A DNA stretch of 64,000 nt, taken from Pristiophorus japonicus. Lineage: Eukaryota. A program made the translations under genes and the position numbers. Shown here one piece after another: positions 14,471 through 27,315 of this stretch (position 1 is the stretch's first letter; each line of letters opens with the position of its first letter). Under the pieces are notes generated by a model. That model had not been told where the DNA came from. It ran no database searches and saw only the letters and a program-made list of their open reading frames with translations. The stretch is from positions 186,001 through 250,000 of the forward strand of contig NW_027251843.1 of the NCBI RefSeq assembly GCF_044704955.1, given 5' to 3'.

Positions 14471-14639
14471 GCGAACAAAGACTCGACCAATCTCTTCAGC
14501 TGTGACTGGCAGTTCATCAATGTATGAAAAATAGAACACTTCTTCTCTATCGGGTGTAACTTGTGAGAGGGAAGGCAATCTAGACATAGCATCAGCAGTA
14601 ATGTGATCAGCTGATCATCTGTATTCAATATCATATGTA

Positions 14640-17600
14640 TGTGCTGAAAAAATCAAAGCCTATCTCTGCATTCAGGCTGCAGCTAATGTTGGAACTGGTG
14701 ACTTTGGATGGAGGATTGCTGTCAGGGGCTTATGGTCCATAATGATGGTAAACTTATGACCATACAAGTATTTGTGGAACTTCTTGACCCCAAAAATTAA
14801 TGCCAAAGCTTCCCTTTCGATTTGCGCATAATTATGCTCACTGGCACTGAGAGTGCGTGAAGCAAAAGCAATTGGTCTCTCCTCCCCACTATATAATACA
14901 TGAGCGATCACTGCCCCAACTCCATAACGAGAGGTATCACATGCTAGCTTGATCTCCTTAGATACGTCATAGTGAACTAACATGGTGCTCTCTACCAATT
15001 TGCTTTTACACTCCTTGAATGCTGTATCGCATTCTTCTGACCACTTCCAATGGACCTGTTTTTTCAATACTGTAGCCAGATTTGGTAGGAACTTCCCATA
15101 ATAGTTCAAATGGCCCCAAAATGATCGAAGTTCAGTGACATTCTTGGGAGTGGGTGCATTTCTGATTGCATCCAGCTTTCCCTTGGTTGGATGTAAATCA
15201 TCTTTGTCTACTCTGTACCCTAAGTACTCCACTGAGTTTTGAAATAACTCACACTTGCGAGCAGACACTCGTACTCTGTGCTTCTCTAGCCGTTTGAGGA
15301 CTTAATTCAAAATGTTTTTATGAATTTGCCCATTTGGTGCTGAAATTGGTATGTCATCTAAATAATATACTACCCCTTCAATACCTTGCAAAATCTGGTT
15401 CATCACCCCTTGGTATATGGCAGGGGCAGAAGACACTCCAAACGATAGCCTATTAAATTGATATAGGCCTAGATGAGTATTTATTGTCAAGCATAACTTG
15501 GACTCCTCATCTTGTTCAAGCTGTAAGTAGGCATTTGTAAGATCGAACTTTGAGAATATCTGACCACCTGTCAGTGTTGTGAACAAATCTTCTACATTAG
15601 GCAATGTATTGGGGCGATTACCCTCTAGAACCTAGTTTACAGTTATTTTATAATCACCACACAATCTTACCTTACCATCAGACTTGGGTACAACAACAAT
15701 GGGTATAGCCCAATTACATCGATCTATCTGAGAAATAATGTTCTCAGTCTCTAGTCTTTTGAGTTCTTGCTCAACTTTCTCCTTGAATGCATATGGTACG
15801 GGACGTGGCTTGCAGTAAACCAATCTAGCGTCCTTCTGTACCCTGACACTTGCCTTGAAGCCTTGGATCGGACTGCCTATTCGCAGAACACCTTCAGATA
15901 ATTCTTGATGTCATCGTTTGATACAAATCTCGTTTCAACACGAAAAGTCTCACTCCAATCCAGCTTCAGTGATCCCAACCAATTTCTTCCTAGTAAAGCA
16001 GGCTTGTCTCCTGCCACTACTTAGAGAGGCAAGGTCTGAAATTGATCCTTGTATTTCACCAGTACGGTGATACGACCTACCACAGGTATGTTCTCTCCGA
16101 GTAGCCTTGCAGCTCTATCTTGGATTTCTCCAATGGGAAATCACGCAATTTGTTGAGGTATAGCGAATCCTTTACTACACTCACAGATACACCAGTGTCG
16201 ATTTCCATGGGTATCTTGGATCCTGCAACATCGATGTGGATTATGATAATTTTCGAATTGCTGTTAGTTAACCCCGTGCTCCTGATGATGTGTAGCTCTA
16301 AAACCTCCTCGTCCTGTTGTTTTTCTTCCATGCTATGTAGTCTCTTGGGATTTCTACTTACGGCCTTGAAAGCTGGTTTACCCTTCAGTTGGCATGCCTT
16401 CGCAAGATGCCCAGTTTTCCTGCAGATGAAACACTTTACCTTCACATATGGACAACATTGAGCAATGTGTTGTCCCAAGCACTGAGAGCAGGACTTCAAT
16501 GCTCTGTTACCATTGCCAGTTTCTGAGACCTTGGGGCCCAACTGCCTTTTTCTTTTAACCTGCAGGCGATTCACCTCGGTTATCCGACGACTGGAAATAG
16601 TATGACATTCTCGGGAATGTTGATCGGCATATTCATTGACATAGCTGTCTGACAAACTAAATCAAAAGTCAAGTTAGGCATTGTCAATAACTTTCTTCTG
16701 ATCGCATCACTTTTCATCTCACAAACAAAGCGGTCACGCAATGCTCGGTCTTGAAAGTTTCTAACATTACAGTGAATAGATAGCTCTTTTAATGCTACAA
16801 TGTACTCACTGATATTTTCCTCCATTAACTGATCTCGTATTCCAAAACGATAACATTCAGCAATTTGCAGGGGTTCAGGACTGTAGTGCGAATCTGCTTA
16901 ATAATTGTGTCCTTTGGCTTGACAGGCACAAGCAAATTTTTCAAGGTTTCATACAACTCGGGCACTGCTTCAGTTAAGAAAATTGCCCGTTGTGTTTCCA
17001 ACACCACCCGGTTATGGTTTTCAGCATTGGGGACTTCGATGATATTATTTGTGGTGAAAAACATTTCTAGCCACACCACATATGCTCTGAAACTTTCACG
17101 GTCGCGTTGAAACTCCCCCAAACGCCTTATTATTCCCATAGGCACGGCCATCTGGACTCTGGCAGTTCAAACAAGTGTGTTTGTAACTTACCTAGGATTT
17201 GTAGCTGTTAATCAAAACAGAAAAGCTCTCAAAGTCTCTGTCGGCCGGCTGAATCATCCACCAACAAAAATTGCAGTTTTTTTCTGATTATCCCATTCTC
17301 GTTGCCATTGTTATATCTTGAGCACAACTCACAAACACACACACGGCCTGAAGATGGCAGAACACTAAGGGACACTAGGTAGGTGACATGTTCCCTCTTT
17401 ACTTGTACACAGCACTGGCTGCAGTATCACAGGAGTCCACCAGATGGAGCTATATATATTCATCATCGGCAGTCCCTCGGAATTGAGGAAGACTTGCTTC
17501 CATTCTTAAAATGAGTCCTTGGGTGGCTGAACAGTCCAATGCGAGAGCCACAGTCCCTGTCACAGGTGGGACAGATAGTTGTTAAGGGAAGGGGTGGGTG

Positions 17601-18266
17601 GGATGGATTTTCCGCATGCTCTTTCGTTGCCTGCGCTTGGTTTCTGCATGCTCTTGGCGATGAGACTCGAGGTGCTCAGCGCCCTCCCGGGTGCACTTCC
17701 TCCACTTAGGGATGACTTTGGCCAGGGTCTCCCAGGTGTCAGTGGTGATGTCGCACTTTATCAGGGTGGCTTTAAGGGTGTCCTTGTAACGTTTCCGCTG
17801 CCCACCTTTGGCTCGTTTGCCGTGGAGGAGCTCCGAGTAGAGCACTTGCTTTGGGAGTCTCGTGTCTGGCATGCAAACTATGTGGCCCAGCAGAGCTGAT
17901 CGAGTGTGGGGATCTTAGCCTGGACGGGGACGCTGATGTTGGTGCGTCTGTCCTCCCAGGCGATTTGTAGGATCTAGCGGAGACATCGTTGATGATATTT
18001 TTCCAGTGACTTGAGGTGTCTACTGTATATGGTCCATGTCTCTGAGCAATACAGTAGGGCGGGTATTATTACAGCCCTGTAGACCATGATATATTACACT
18101 GATATATTACTCTATATATTACACAATATTACAATAATATCTAATAAAGGACACACAGCCCCACCTCTTGTACTGACTCACCCCACAGTTATATATAATA
18201 TAGAATAATGGACACACAGCCTCAACTCCTGATGTCACAATGACTTCCTCATGATGTCATTAAACA
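14640..18266 (-). mobile_element. Decayed Gypsy/Ty3 LTR retrotransposon (5' LTR about 18266-17309, gag, PR, RT, RNase H; integrase missing)
   Basis: PBS TGGCAACGAG at 17307-17298, CFIC..GHLAKAC knuckle, IDTG, YLDD, ACDTSRYG/EREAL/DHKPL. Confidence 0.9.
17460..18089 (-). mobile_element. RTE-clade LINE 3' fragment inserted into the Gypsy LTR
   Basis: MPDTRLPKQVLYSELLHGKR..GGQRKRYKDTLK, a typical RTE C-terminus; short GAT-repeat tail. Confidence 0.85.
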
Positions 18267-18689
18267 GTTTCAATCCCATACACATGAAATTCCCAATTTG
18301 GGGCAATGCTGCTGGAAATGTCTGTGGGACACTCCCATTTCTACACCTTTTGCCACAAGGACTTTGAGAGTCTGTGGTGCGGAGGGTTGTCTATTTGGAA
18401 GAGCCAGCTGCTCAATCCAACATGGCTGCCCAGGGATGTGAATGTTGCCTTGTCCGTATGGTCTGTTTCTCAGGTCTGGGCCTTCATCCCCAACACCCAC
18501 CTTAAACTGACACACACAGCGGGCAGGACTTATATGGATACATGACCCCCGTGGGACACATCACCACTGAGGGGTCATGTCCCCTGGCCTCACAATGGAA
18601 ACCATGGCAACACAGAAACCGCAGGGGTGGACCAATCACAGCAAAGTGCAACAGACTGTGCATTTGTGCCTGAGAGCAACGAGGAGAGA

Positions 18690-19150
18690 GCTTCAATCTA
18701 TTTAACCCTTCGATCCCTGGCTGCCGTCTGAAAACTAAGCCCGAGTTGGCAGAGGCGGTGACTACATTATTCCCGCTGTTATTCTGCGCCCTGCTCATTC
18801 ATCTCAACCCCTGTGTTAATGTTTCTCTGCTCAATGGTACTGCTCCCCACGGCAAATCCAAGCAGAGAGATTGCTCAGCTGGGTGTGAAACATGGAGAAG
18901 CAGAGATGGGCATGGACTGTGTGGGGGCACTAAAGGACCCACTGGCTCCGATCAATAATAAAACAGTCAGTAAGGACACGGTGAAAAGGTGGGGATGGGA
19001 CCAGATGATGGACCTGGACAAGTCACAGCTGCAGCTCGCAGACACGCTGGTGAGCAGATTGTTGGGGTGTTTGTTCAACACTTGTCCAGTTGCTGTGTGT
19101 CACATTACAATTGGCGCCCATTACTTGTCTCATAAAGTGACGGGCACATT
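18690..19150 (+). pseudogene. Possible decayed HEAT-repeat (MROH-like) coding fragment
   Basis: AVTTLFPLLFCALLIHL..V.V.L then, frameshifted, DCVGALKDPL..GWDQM..LVSRLL resemble MROH-family segments from memory; not verified. Confidence 0.3.
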
Positions 19151-19994
19151 GATTCGTCTGAGCTTTCGACCACACATCCGCAGCATAACTAAGACTGCCT
19201 CTTTCCATCTCTGTAACATCACCCGTCTCCACCCCTGCCTCAGCTCATACGCTTTTGAAGCCCTCATCCATGCCTATTAACTGTAGACGCGACTATTCCA
19301 ATGCACTCCTGGCTGGCCTTTCACATTCTACCCTGCGTAAACGAGAGGTGATTCAAAACTCGACTGTCCGTATCCTAACTCGCACCGAGTCCCGCTCACC
19401 CATCACTCCTGTGCTCGCTAACCTACATCGGCTCCCAATTAAGCAAAGTATTGGCGGGAGGAAAGGTGATGGGTTTTGGGGATATAAGGAGCTGCTTTGC
19501 AACAAGCTCCAGCTCAGGAGGAAGAAAGCTCCGGAAACAGCTCCGCAAAAAGCTCAGCAAAAAGCCCAGGAAAAAGCCCAGGAAAAAGCCCAGGAGCAAG
19601 ACATTCAGGAAGAAGCTGCAAGCAAGACAACGGGCAATCAGGGTGAGCATATTGCCTGCGCCTACACATCCACAAGACCACTTAGCTGTGTGAGGGGGTG
19701 ATTGTAAGTCCCAACCAAACCCAAGGGGTTTAGTGCTGGGGGGGTCCTGTGTTAGTTTATTTCACGGGAGGGTTCTTTTATTCAGCCGTGGTAACTTAGC
19801 ATGACAGGGCTTATTGGACAAGCCAGGGTTGTACTGTTTTGCACTGTTTATGAGTGGTATTGTTAATCTTATTAAACACAATACAGTTGAGCCTGAAAAA
19901 CGTGTGTCCGAGTCTGACCTGTCCAGAAAATTCCTATCGTCCAGAACTTGTAGTAGGAGGTGTGTTTTCAGTATGCCCGAGAAAACCACCTACA

Positions 19995-20715
19995 GGCACC
20001 CCCTCCAACAGTGCAGCACTCCCTCAGTACTGCCCCTCCGATAGTGCGGCACTCCCTCAATACTACTGCTCCGGCAATGTGGCACCCCCTCAGTACTGAA
20101 CCTGTGACAGTGTGGCACTCCCTCAGTACTGCCCCTCTGACAGTGCGGCACTCCCTCAGTGCTGCACCTCCGACAGTGCGGCACTCCCTTAGTACTACAC
20201 CTGCGACAGTGCAGCTCTCCCACAGTACTGCCCCTCTGATAGTGCAGCACTCCCCCTCTGACAGTGCAGCACTCCCTCAGTACTGCCCCTCTGACAGTGC
20301 GGCACTCCCTCAGTACTGCACCTCCGACAGTGCGGCACTCCCTTAGTACTACACCTACGACAGTGCAGCACTCCCTCAGCACGGCCCCTCTGACAGTGCG
20401 GCACTCCCTCAGTACTGAACCTGTGACAGTGTGGCACTCCCTCAGTACTGCCCCTCTGACAGTGTGGCACTCCCTCAGTACTGCCCCTCTGACAGTGCAG
20501 CACTCCCTCAGTACTGACCCTCCGACAGTGCAGCATATCCTCAATACAGCTCCTCTGACACGGCAGCACTCCCTCAGTAATGCCCCTCCGACAGTCTGGC
20601 ACTCCCTCAGTACTGCCCCTCTGACAGTCTGGCACTCCCTCAGTACTGCGCTCTGACAGTGCAGCACTCCCTCAGTACTGTCCCTCTGACAGTGCGGCAT
20701 TCCCTCAGGACTGCA
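19995..20715. repeat. About 33-bp SINE-derived minisatellite
   Basis: CCCTCTGACAGTGCGGCACTCCCTCAGTACTGC unit; the same motif occurs once in the SINE at about 27180-27220. Confidence 0.92.
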
Positions 20716-22879
20716 CAGTAGTGTATATCTTTAATTTGCACTCAGGTCCCGGGAGTGGGGCTTGAACCCACGATACAACATTGCATCACTGCATGCCGTT
20801 CAGTCTGAGCTGTGAGTCATATCCCGACCTCAGTTGGAACAGCTAACTCAGAACAAACAACAACAGCAACTTTTATACAGCACCTTTAACACAGTAAAAC
20901 TCCCCGAGTGCTTCACAGGAGCGTTATAGAATAAAGATTGACAGCGAGCCACCTAAGGAGACATTGAAATTTGCAGCTCAGTCAAATTGTGAGGGAAATT
21001 GGCAGTGCTGTCTTCATACCAAAAGGGGGCGATGTTGGTTCTGAAAAGACCAAATTTTTGGACAATTTCTGTGTCACTCAATTGATTGGTTTGTAAAACC
21101 CGTTTGTACCAAACCTCCAGTCAGGTTTGCAGAATAATTTCCAGTTCCCCACGTGTCATTTGATGGTGGATCTCAGCGTGTATCTCCTCGTCCGCTCGTG
21201 AGGCGGTGTCTCAGAGCGATTGGAGGGTCAGCAGCCACTCCGCACTGCAGTGAGCATCGGCAGGCCATTCCACTGTGGGAGGCCTCTCCGCGGAGCTCGG
21301 TGCACGGGGTATATCCACACAGAGACGCTCTGCCGCCAGGTACAGCAGCAACAACCTGCATTGCTATAGCAACTGGAACATTAGAACAACATCCCGAAGC
21401 AGCTGATAGAGGCGTAATCTGGTCAAAGTGTTGCTGAGCCAAAGGGGGAGGAGCTGGGAGGGTGATCAAAACACTCAGTCACAGATTGGGTTTGAAGGGA
21501 GGTCTTAAAAGAGGAGAGGGGTGGAGTGGCAGAGAGGTTTAGGGAGCAGGGAGTTAGGGCCCAGGCAGCTGAAGGCACAGCCCCCAATGGAGGGGAAAGG
21601 GAAGGGGGGATGGATAAGAAGCCTGAGCCAGATACAGCGGCCCCTGAACACAACAACAACTTGCATTTATATAGCGAGTGTTGTGACAATGACAGACAGT
21701 GAGAATATAACCCTGATCATGTAACACAGTATTTGCAGCACTTGACACTGTGGGGAAAGCTTGTAATTTTAATCCATGAGCTGTACATAAGCGAGAGCAG
21801 GACCTGTTTGTGGCCGGTGCGGAGATCACCACTTACAGAAGGTAGTTACTGCAGGGAATTCAGGGCCACAGTGACCTCCTGGACTAGTTTCCATCGCCTG
21901 GGGAGCGGGGGTGGGGGCGGGGGGTGGCAGGGTCGGAGAGGAGTTTCCCAGATTTATTTCCCCCAATGGGTTTTTTAGCTGGTTTTCCACCTCTCCCAGG
22001 AGATCAGGTAGTTTTGGGTGGGGTGGAGAGTCTATACTGTGATACACCAGGTATCACAATTGTGTGGGACGGGCTGGATGGACCACAGGGTCTTTACCTG
22101 TCCGTCACTGTTCGCGGGTTTGGGTTTCAAAAATGTAGAGCTGAATTGGAAAGAAAGACTTGCATTTATATAGCGCCTTTCACCACCTCAGGTCATCCCA
22201 AAACGCTTTACAGCCAATGAAGTACTTTTGAAGTGTAGTCACTGCGGTGATGGAGGAAACACGACAGACAGTTTGTGAACAGCAAGCTCCCACATGTGAC
22301 TATGACCAGATAATGGGCCTAAATTGCGTATCGCCCCGAGTGGGGCGGTAACTTTTCCCATGCCCAAGTCCCGCGGAAGCGAAATTGGGGTCACGGCCCC
22401 TGACAGGAAGTGGAGCGCATTGTGGCGCGCTGCACTTCCCCTGGGGATGGGCTCGAGGGCGAGTGTCGGGCTGCACCATCGCGGCACCGACCCCGCCACA
22501 TCGGCACAGAAAGGCCCGACCGGTAAGTTGGCAAAAACAAATGGCAGAGCGCACCTCGCAGTAAGGTTCACCCCACGAGTGAAGTGCTGACCGGTTCGTG
22601 GCCCACAGGCCTGGCGTGGACACAGCTCACAATCTGTTTCCTGGTTCTTGGGTAGGACTTGAACCCACAACTTTCAGACTCAGAGGCGAATGTGCTGCCC
22701 ATTGAGCCACAGCTGACTGAGCTGCAAACTTAAGGCACATTAATGGCCCATCGACGGTGTTCGCCCTCAGTGGGGTGAACAAATCCAGAAATTATGGCCT
22801 GAATGATGTCGGCCGGGCCATTATTTGCTTTTTTATCGTTTTAAGTTTATTTCTGCTGTGTTAGTCCTTAGTCTATTAA

Positions 22880-25110
22880 ATAGAGGCATGGCAGGGCAGT
22901 TCTGTCCTGTGGAGAGCACATCCTGTGGCATGTGGGAATTCCTGGACGCTTCTCGTGGCCTGGACGACCACATGTGCAGCAAGTGTCACCAGCTACAGCA
23001 ACTCGAGCTCCGCGTTTCGGAGATTGAGCGACAGCTGGATTCATTGCAGTGCATCCGCGAGGCTGAGAACTTCGTGGATAGCACGTTTCTAGAGGTGGTC
23101 ACCCCGCAGCTTAAGAGTGTGCAGGCAGAGAGGGAATGGGTGACCACCAGACAGAAGAGGAGGTCCAGGCAGGTAGTGCAGGAGTCCCCTGAGTCCATCT
23201 CGCTCTCCAACCAGTATTGTGTTCTGAGTACTGGTGGGGGCGATGGTTCCTCTCGGAAGTGCAGCCAGAGCCAAGTCCACGGCACCATGGGTGGCTCAGC
23301 TGCACAGGGGGGAGGAAGAAGAGTGGAAGAGCAATAGTGGTAGGGGATTCGATAGTTAGGGGAACAGACAGGTATTTCTGCGGCCGCAACGTGACTCCAG
23401 GATGGTATGTTGCCTGCCTGGTGCCAGGGTCAAGGATGTCACTGAGTGGCTGCAGTACATTCTGAGGGGGGAGGGTGAACAGCCAGAAGTTGTGGTCCAT
23501 ATCGGTACCAATGACATAGGTAGAAAGAGGGATGAGGGCCTACAGGCAGAGTTTAGGGAGCTAGGAGAGAGTTTAAAAAGCAAGACCTCGATGCCACGAG
23601 CTCGTGAGTACAGAGATATGAGGATAGAGCAGATGAATGCGTGGCTGGAGAGATGGTGCAGGAGGGAAGTCCCAGCAGATTGTAAAACTGCAAATGTAAT
23701 GTCCCTATTTAAAAAGGAGGCAGACACAAAGCAAGGAACTATAGACTAGCTTGAGAAGTTGTTGGAGTCCATTATTAAAGAAGCAGTAGCAGGACATTTG
23801 GAAAAGCAAAATTCAGTCAGGCAGAGTCAGCACTGCTTTATGAAGGGGAAGTCATGTTTGACAAATTTGCTAGAATTCTTTGAGGATGTAACCAACAGGG
23901 TGCACAAAGGGGAACCAGTGGTGTGGTATATTTGGACTTCCAGAAGGCATTTGACAAGGAGCCACATAAAAGATGACTGCACAAGATTAAAGTTCATGGC
24001 GTTGGGGATAATATATTAGCATGGATAGAGGATTGTCTGGAACAGAAAACAGAGAGTAGGGATAAATGGTAATTAGTAACCAGTTGCGTGCGGCAGGGAT
24101 CAGTGCTAGGAGCCCAACTATTTACAATCTATATTAACGACGTGGAGGAAGGGACCGAGTGTAACGCAGCCAAGTTCGCTGACGATACAAAGAATGGAGG
24201 AAAAGCAATTTGTGAAGAGGACAAAAATATTTCCAAATGGACAGAGACAGGCTAAGTGAATGGGCAAAAATTTGGCAGGTGGAGTATAATATTAGAAAGT
24301 GTGAGGTCATGCACTTTGACAGAAAAAAAATCAAAGAGCAAGTTATTATTTAAAAGGAAAAAGATTGCATCGTGCTGCAGTACGGCGGGACCTGGGGGTA
24401 CTTGTGCATGAAACACAAAAGGATAGTATGCAGGTACAGCAAGTGATCAGGAAGGCCAATGGAATCTTGGCCATTATTGCAAAGGGGATGGAGTATAAAA
24501 GCAGGGATGTCTTGCTACAGTTATACAGGGTATTGGTGAGGACACATCTGGAATACTGCGTGCAGTTTTGGTTTCCATATTTACGAAAGGATATACTTGC
24601 TTTGGCGGCAGTTCAGAGAAGGTTCACAAAGTTGATTCTGGAGATGAGGGGGTTGACTTATGAGGAAAGGTTGAGTAGGTTGGACATCTACTCATTGGAA
24701 TTCAGAAGAATGAGAGGTGATCTTATCGAAACATATAAGATTATGAGGGGACTTCACAGGGTGGATGCAGCGAGGATGTTTCCACTGATAGGGGAGACTA
24801 GAACTAGAGGGCATGATCTTAGAATAAGGGGCCACCCATTTAAAACTGAGATGAGGAGAAATTTCTTCTCTCAGAGGGTTGTAAATCTGTGGAATTCACT
24901 GCCTCAGAGAGCTGTGGTAGCTGAGACATAGAATAAATTTAAGACAGAAATAGACAGTTTCTTAAACGATCAGGGAATAAGGGGTTATGGGGAGCGGGCA
25001 GGGAAGTGGACCTGAGTCCATGATCAGATCAGCCATGATCTTATTAAATGGTGGAGCAGGCTCGAGGGACCGCATGGCCTACTCCTGCTCCTATTTCTTA
25101 TATTATTATG
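22880..25110 (+). mobile_element. Internally deleted CR1 LINE (ORF1 zinc finger/SGNH esterase + RT 3' part)
   Basis: SCGMWE..CSKC, VVGDSIVRG, VVHIGTND; KSCLTNLLEFFE; RRMRGDLIETYK; CR1 3' tail. Confidence 0.9.
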
Positions 25111-25737
25111 TTCTTACACACACACACACACACCTACAGGCGGTACTGGGGAAGCCACACTAACACTCAGGGACATGTACACGGTGATACACTGACTGCT
25201 CCTCTCCCTAAGCTGAGGCCTCACTCGGTACAGTTTTGTGCTGCTGCCACGAGCCACACGTTAAGGAGAGAGAATGCAACGTTGTGACTGTGGCCTCCTG
25301 CCCCCAGATTGCCCCCAGCAGTCAGCACAGAGTGCACAGTGCGATCCCACCATCGGGGGCTGCCCCAACACCCCCAGTGTGCAGAGTGAGAGTCAATGCT
25401 CAGACTGGGAGGGTTTAATCCCAGCAGCTTTTAGTGTCTCTGTGTTTAATCTTGTGCACTCCAGGGGATCGAGGTAAAATTGATCATTTTAAAATGATTG
25501 ATAATTGGTTTTGACGTGCCATTGATTGACAGCCCACCCAGCCAATCAGGACAGACACTTAATGAAATGCAGCCAATCCAGCTGAGGGGGAGGAGAGGCA
25601 TTTCTAAAGCACTTGCCAGACACAGACTGAATATTCTTCACGTTTATTGCCTTTTACAGATTCACATTTACAGAAACAAGACTTGAATAAAAAGCCCAGC
25701 GAGAGCGAGCTGGAGACATTCACAGGGAGAATGCAGC

Positions 25738-25743
25738 TTTATT
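25738..25743 (-). terminator. Probable polyadenylation signal of the light-chain gene (second AATAAA at 25648-25643)
   Basis: First AATAAA I found on the minus strand downstream of the C stop (about 570 nt). Confidence 0.6.
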
Positions 25744-25940
25744 AAAACAGTTGTGCGGATTTTCTCCACAGCGTGAGAATCCTGTCCCTTTAAACGGGGA
25801 CAAAACCTTGAATTGTAACAGCAGGGTGAGCAGGGAGGGGGTCTGCTTACTGAAGCGGCACTTCGCAGTTTAACATTAGTTTTACTCTGCTGACAGTCTT
25901 CAGCATCTTCGAGAGGTTTTACTTGGCAGCACGAGTAAAC

Positions 25941-26150
25941 ATTGTCCCATCAAATCCTCCCAGGGCAGGTACAGCACGGGTTAGATACAGAGTAAAGCTC
26001 CCTCGACACTGTCCCATCAAACCCTCCCAGGGCAGGTATAGCACGGGTTAGATACAGAGTAAAGCTCCCTCGACACTGTCCCATCAAACACTCCCAGGGC
26101 AGGTACAGCACGGGTTAGATACAGAGTAAAGCTCCCTCGACACTGCCCCA
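25941..26150. repeat. 67-bp tandem repeat (about 3 copies) within the predicted 3' UTR
   Basis: GTCCCATCAAA...GGGTTAGATACAGAGTAAAGCTCCCTCGACACT unit starting at 25944, 26011, 26078. Confidence 0.9.
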
Positions 26151-26307
26151 ATAACGTGCCTTGCCCCCTGACCCTCAGATGCTTTCCCTGACCCAGTCCC
26201 GAGAAGGAAGAGAGTAGAAATGTAGTGCTGACAATGACCTTTGCCCTCCCGGCTCACCCCCTGTTCTATTTAAAGTTGCGTCTCCCCCCCGGACTGTCCC
26301 TGACACA

Positions 26308-26636
26308 CTACGCACATTCTGCTCTCCTGACGCCCTTGCTGAGGGGAGAGGAGAGGCTCTCGTGGGTGAGGCTGCAGGAGAAGCTGGCGTTGGATTCCCA
26401 GTCGGAGCCAGAGAGGGTCAGCAGGCTGCTGACACTGTAGGTGTTGTCCGAAGCTCGCAGGTAGTCGCTGGTCTGGACTCCGGCCAAAATGGTCGCCCCG
26501 TCCTTCTTCCACTCCACCTCCAACGCATCGGGGTAGAAGTGATCGGCGAGGCACACCAGGGTGGCAGTGCCCTTGGTCGTGACCTCCTCCGGGGAGGGGG
26601 GCAGCAGGGTCAGCGTGGGTGGTGTCGTCCCTCGGC
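26308..26636 (-). CDS. IGKC: Ig light chain constant exon (S)RGTTPPTLTLLPPSPEEV...ATLVCLADHFYP...YSVSSLLTL...FSCSLTHESL...AECA*
   Basis: Pyrimidine tract + TTTCAG acceptor in phase with the J donor; open C1-set domain with both Cys, Trp and the penultimate interchain Cys; TAG at 26310-26308. Confidence 0.96.
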
Positions 26637-26899
26637 CTGAAAGGGAGGAGAAGGATGTTTAATAGGTGTATATTAGTGTGTGTTTGTGTGTGTTGTGCAT
26701 GTTGCGTATGCTGCGTGTATGCATCTGTCACTGTGGGTGTTTCCGTGTGGGGTTAATTCACTTCGGATAACGGAGAGCTGGGTTAATGAACTCCTGGCAG
26801 GCGATTAACCATTAGAGGCGAGCAACGCTAATTCTTAATCTTCTTTGCCTCGCTTGATCAGTTTAATCTAAATATAAATGCGTTTGATGTTAAGGTGGA

Positions 26900-27315
26900 C
26901 GTCTCAAACCACTTTACACACAATGAAGTACTTTTGGAGTGCAGTCACTGTTGTAATGTGAGAAACACGGCAGCCAATCTGCGCACAGCAAGCTTCCACA
27001 AACAGCGGTGTGATAACGACCTGATAATCTGTTCTTTTGTCATGTTGGTTGAGGGATAAATATTGACCAGGACACCAGGGAGAACTCCCCTGCTCTTCTT
27101 CGAAATAGTGGCATGAGATCTTTTACATCCAACTGAGAGGGCAGACGGGGCCTCGGTTTAACGTCTCATCCGAAACACGACCCCTCCGACAGTGCAGTGC
27201 TCCCTCAGCACTGCACTGCAGTGTCAGCCTAGATTTGTGTGCTCAAGTCCCTGGAGTGGAACTTGAACCACAACCTTCTGACTCAGAGGCGAGAGTGCAA
27301 CGCACTGAGCCACGG
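26900..27315 (-). mobile_element. tRNA-derived SINE (other copies at about 22150-22720, 28225-28510, 29800-29990)
   Basis: tRNA-like head (GTGGCTCAGT..GGTTCAAGTTCC on the minus strand) and a body shared among copies. Confidence 0.8.

Noticed and set aside
19449-19890. KAQEKAQEKAQE ORF as a histone H1-like or coiled-coil gene
   Set aside because: Short 12-bp repeat inside a probable LTR-like insert fused to an L2 fragment; no gene structure
19960-20700. Cys/Arg-rich repetitive ORFs on both strands
   Set aside because: Translations of the 33-bp SINE-derived minisatellite
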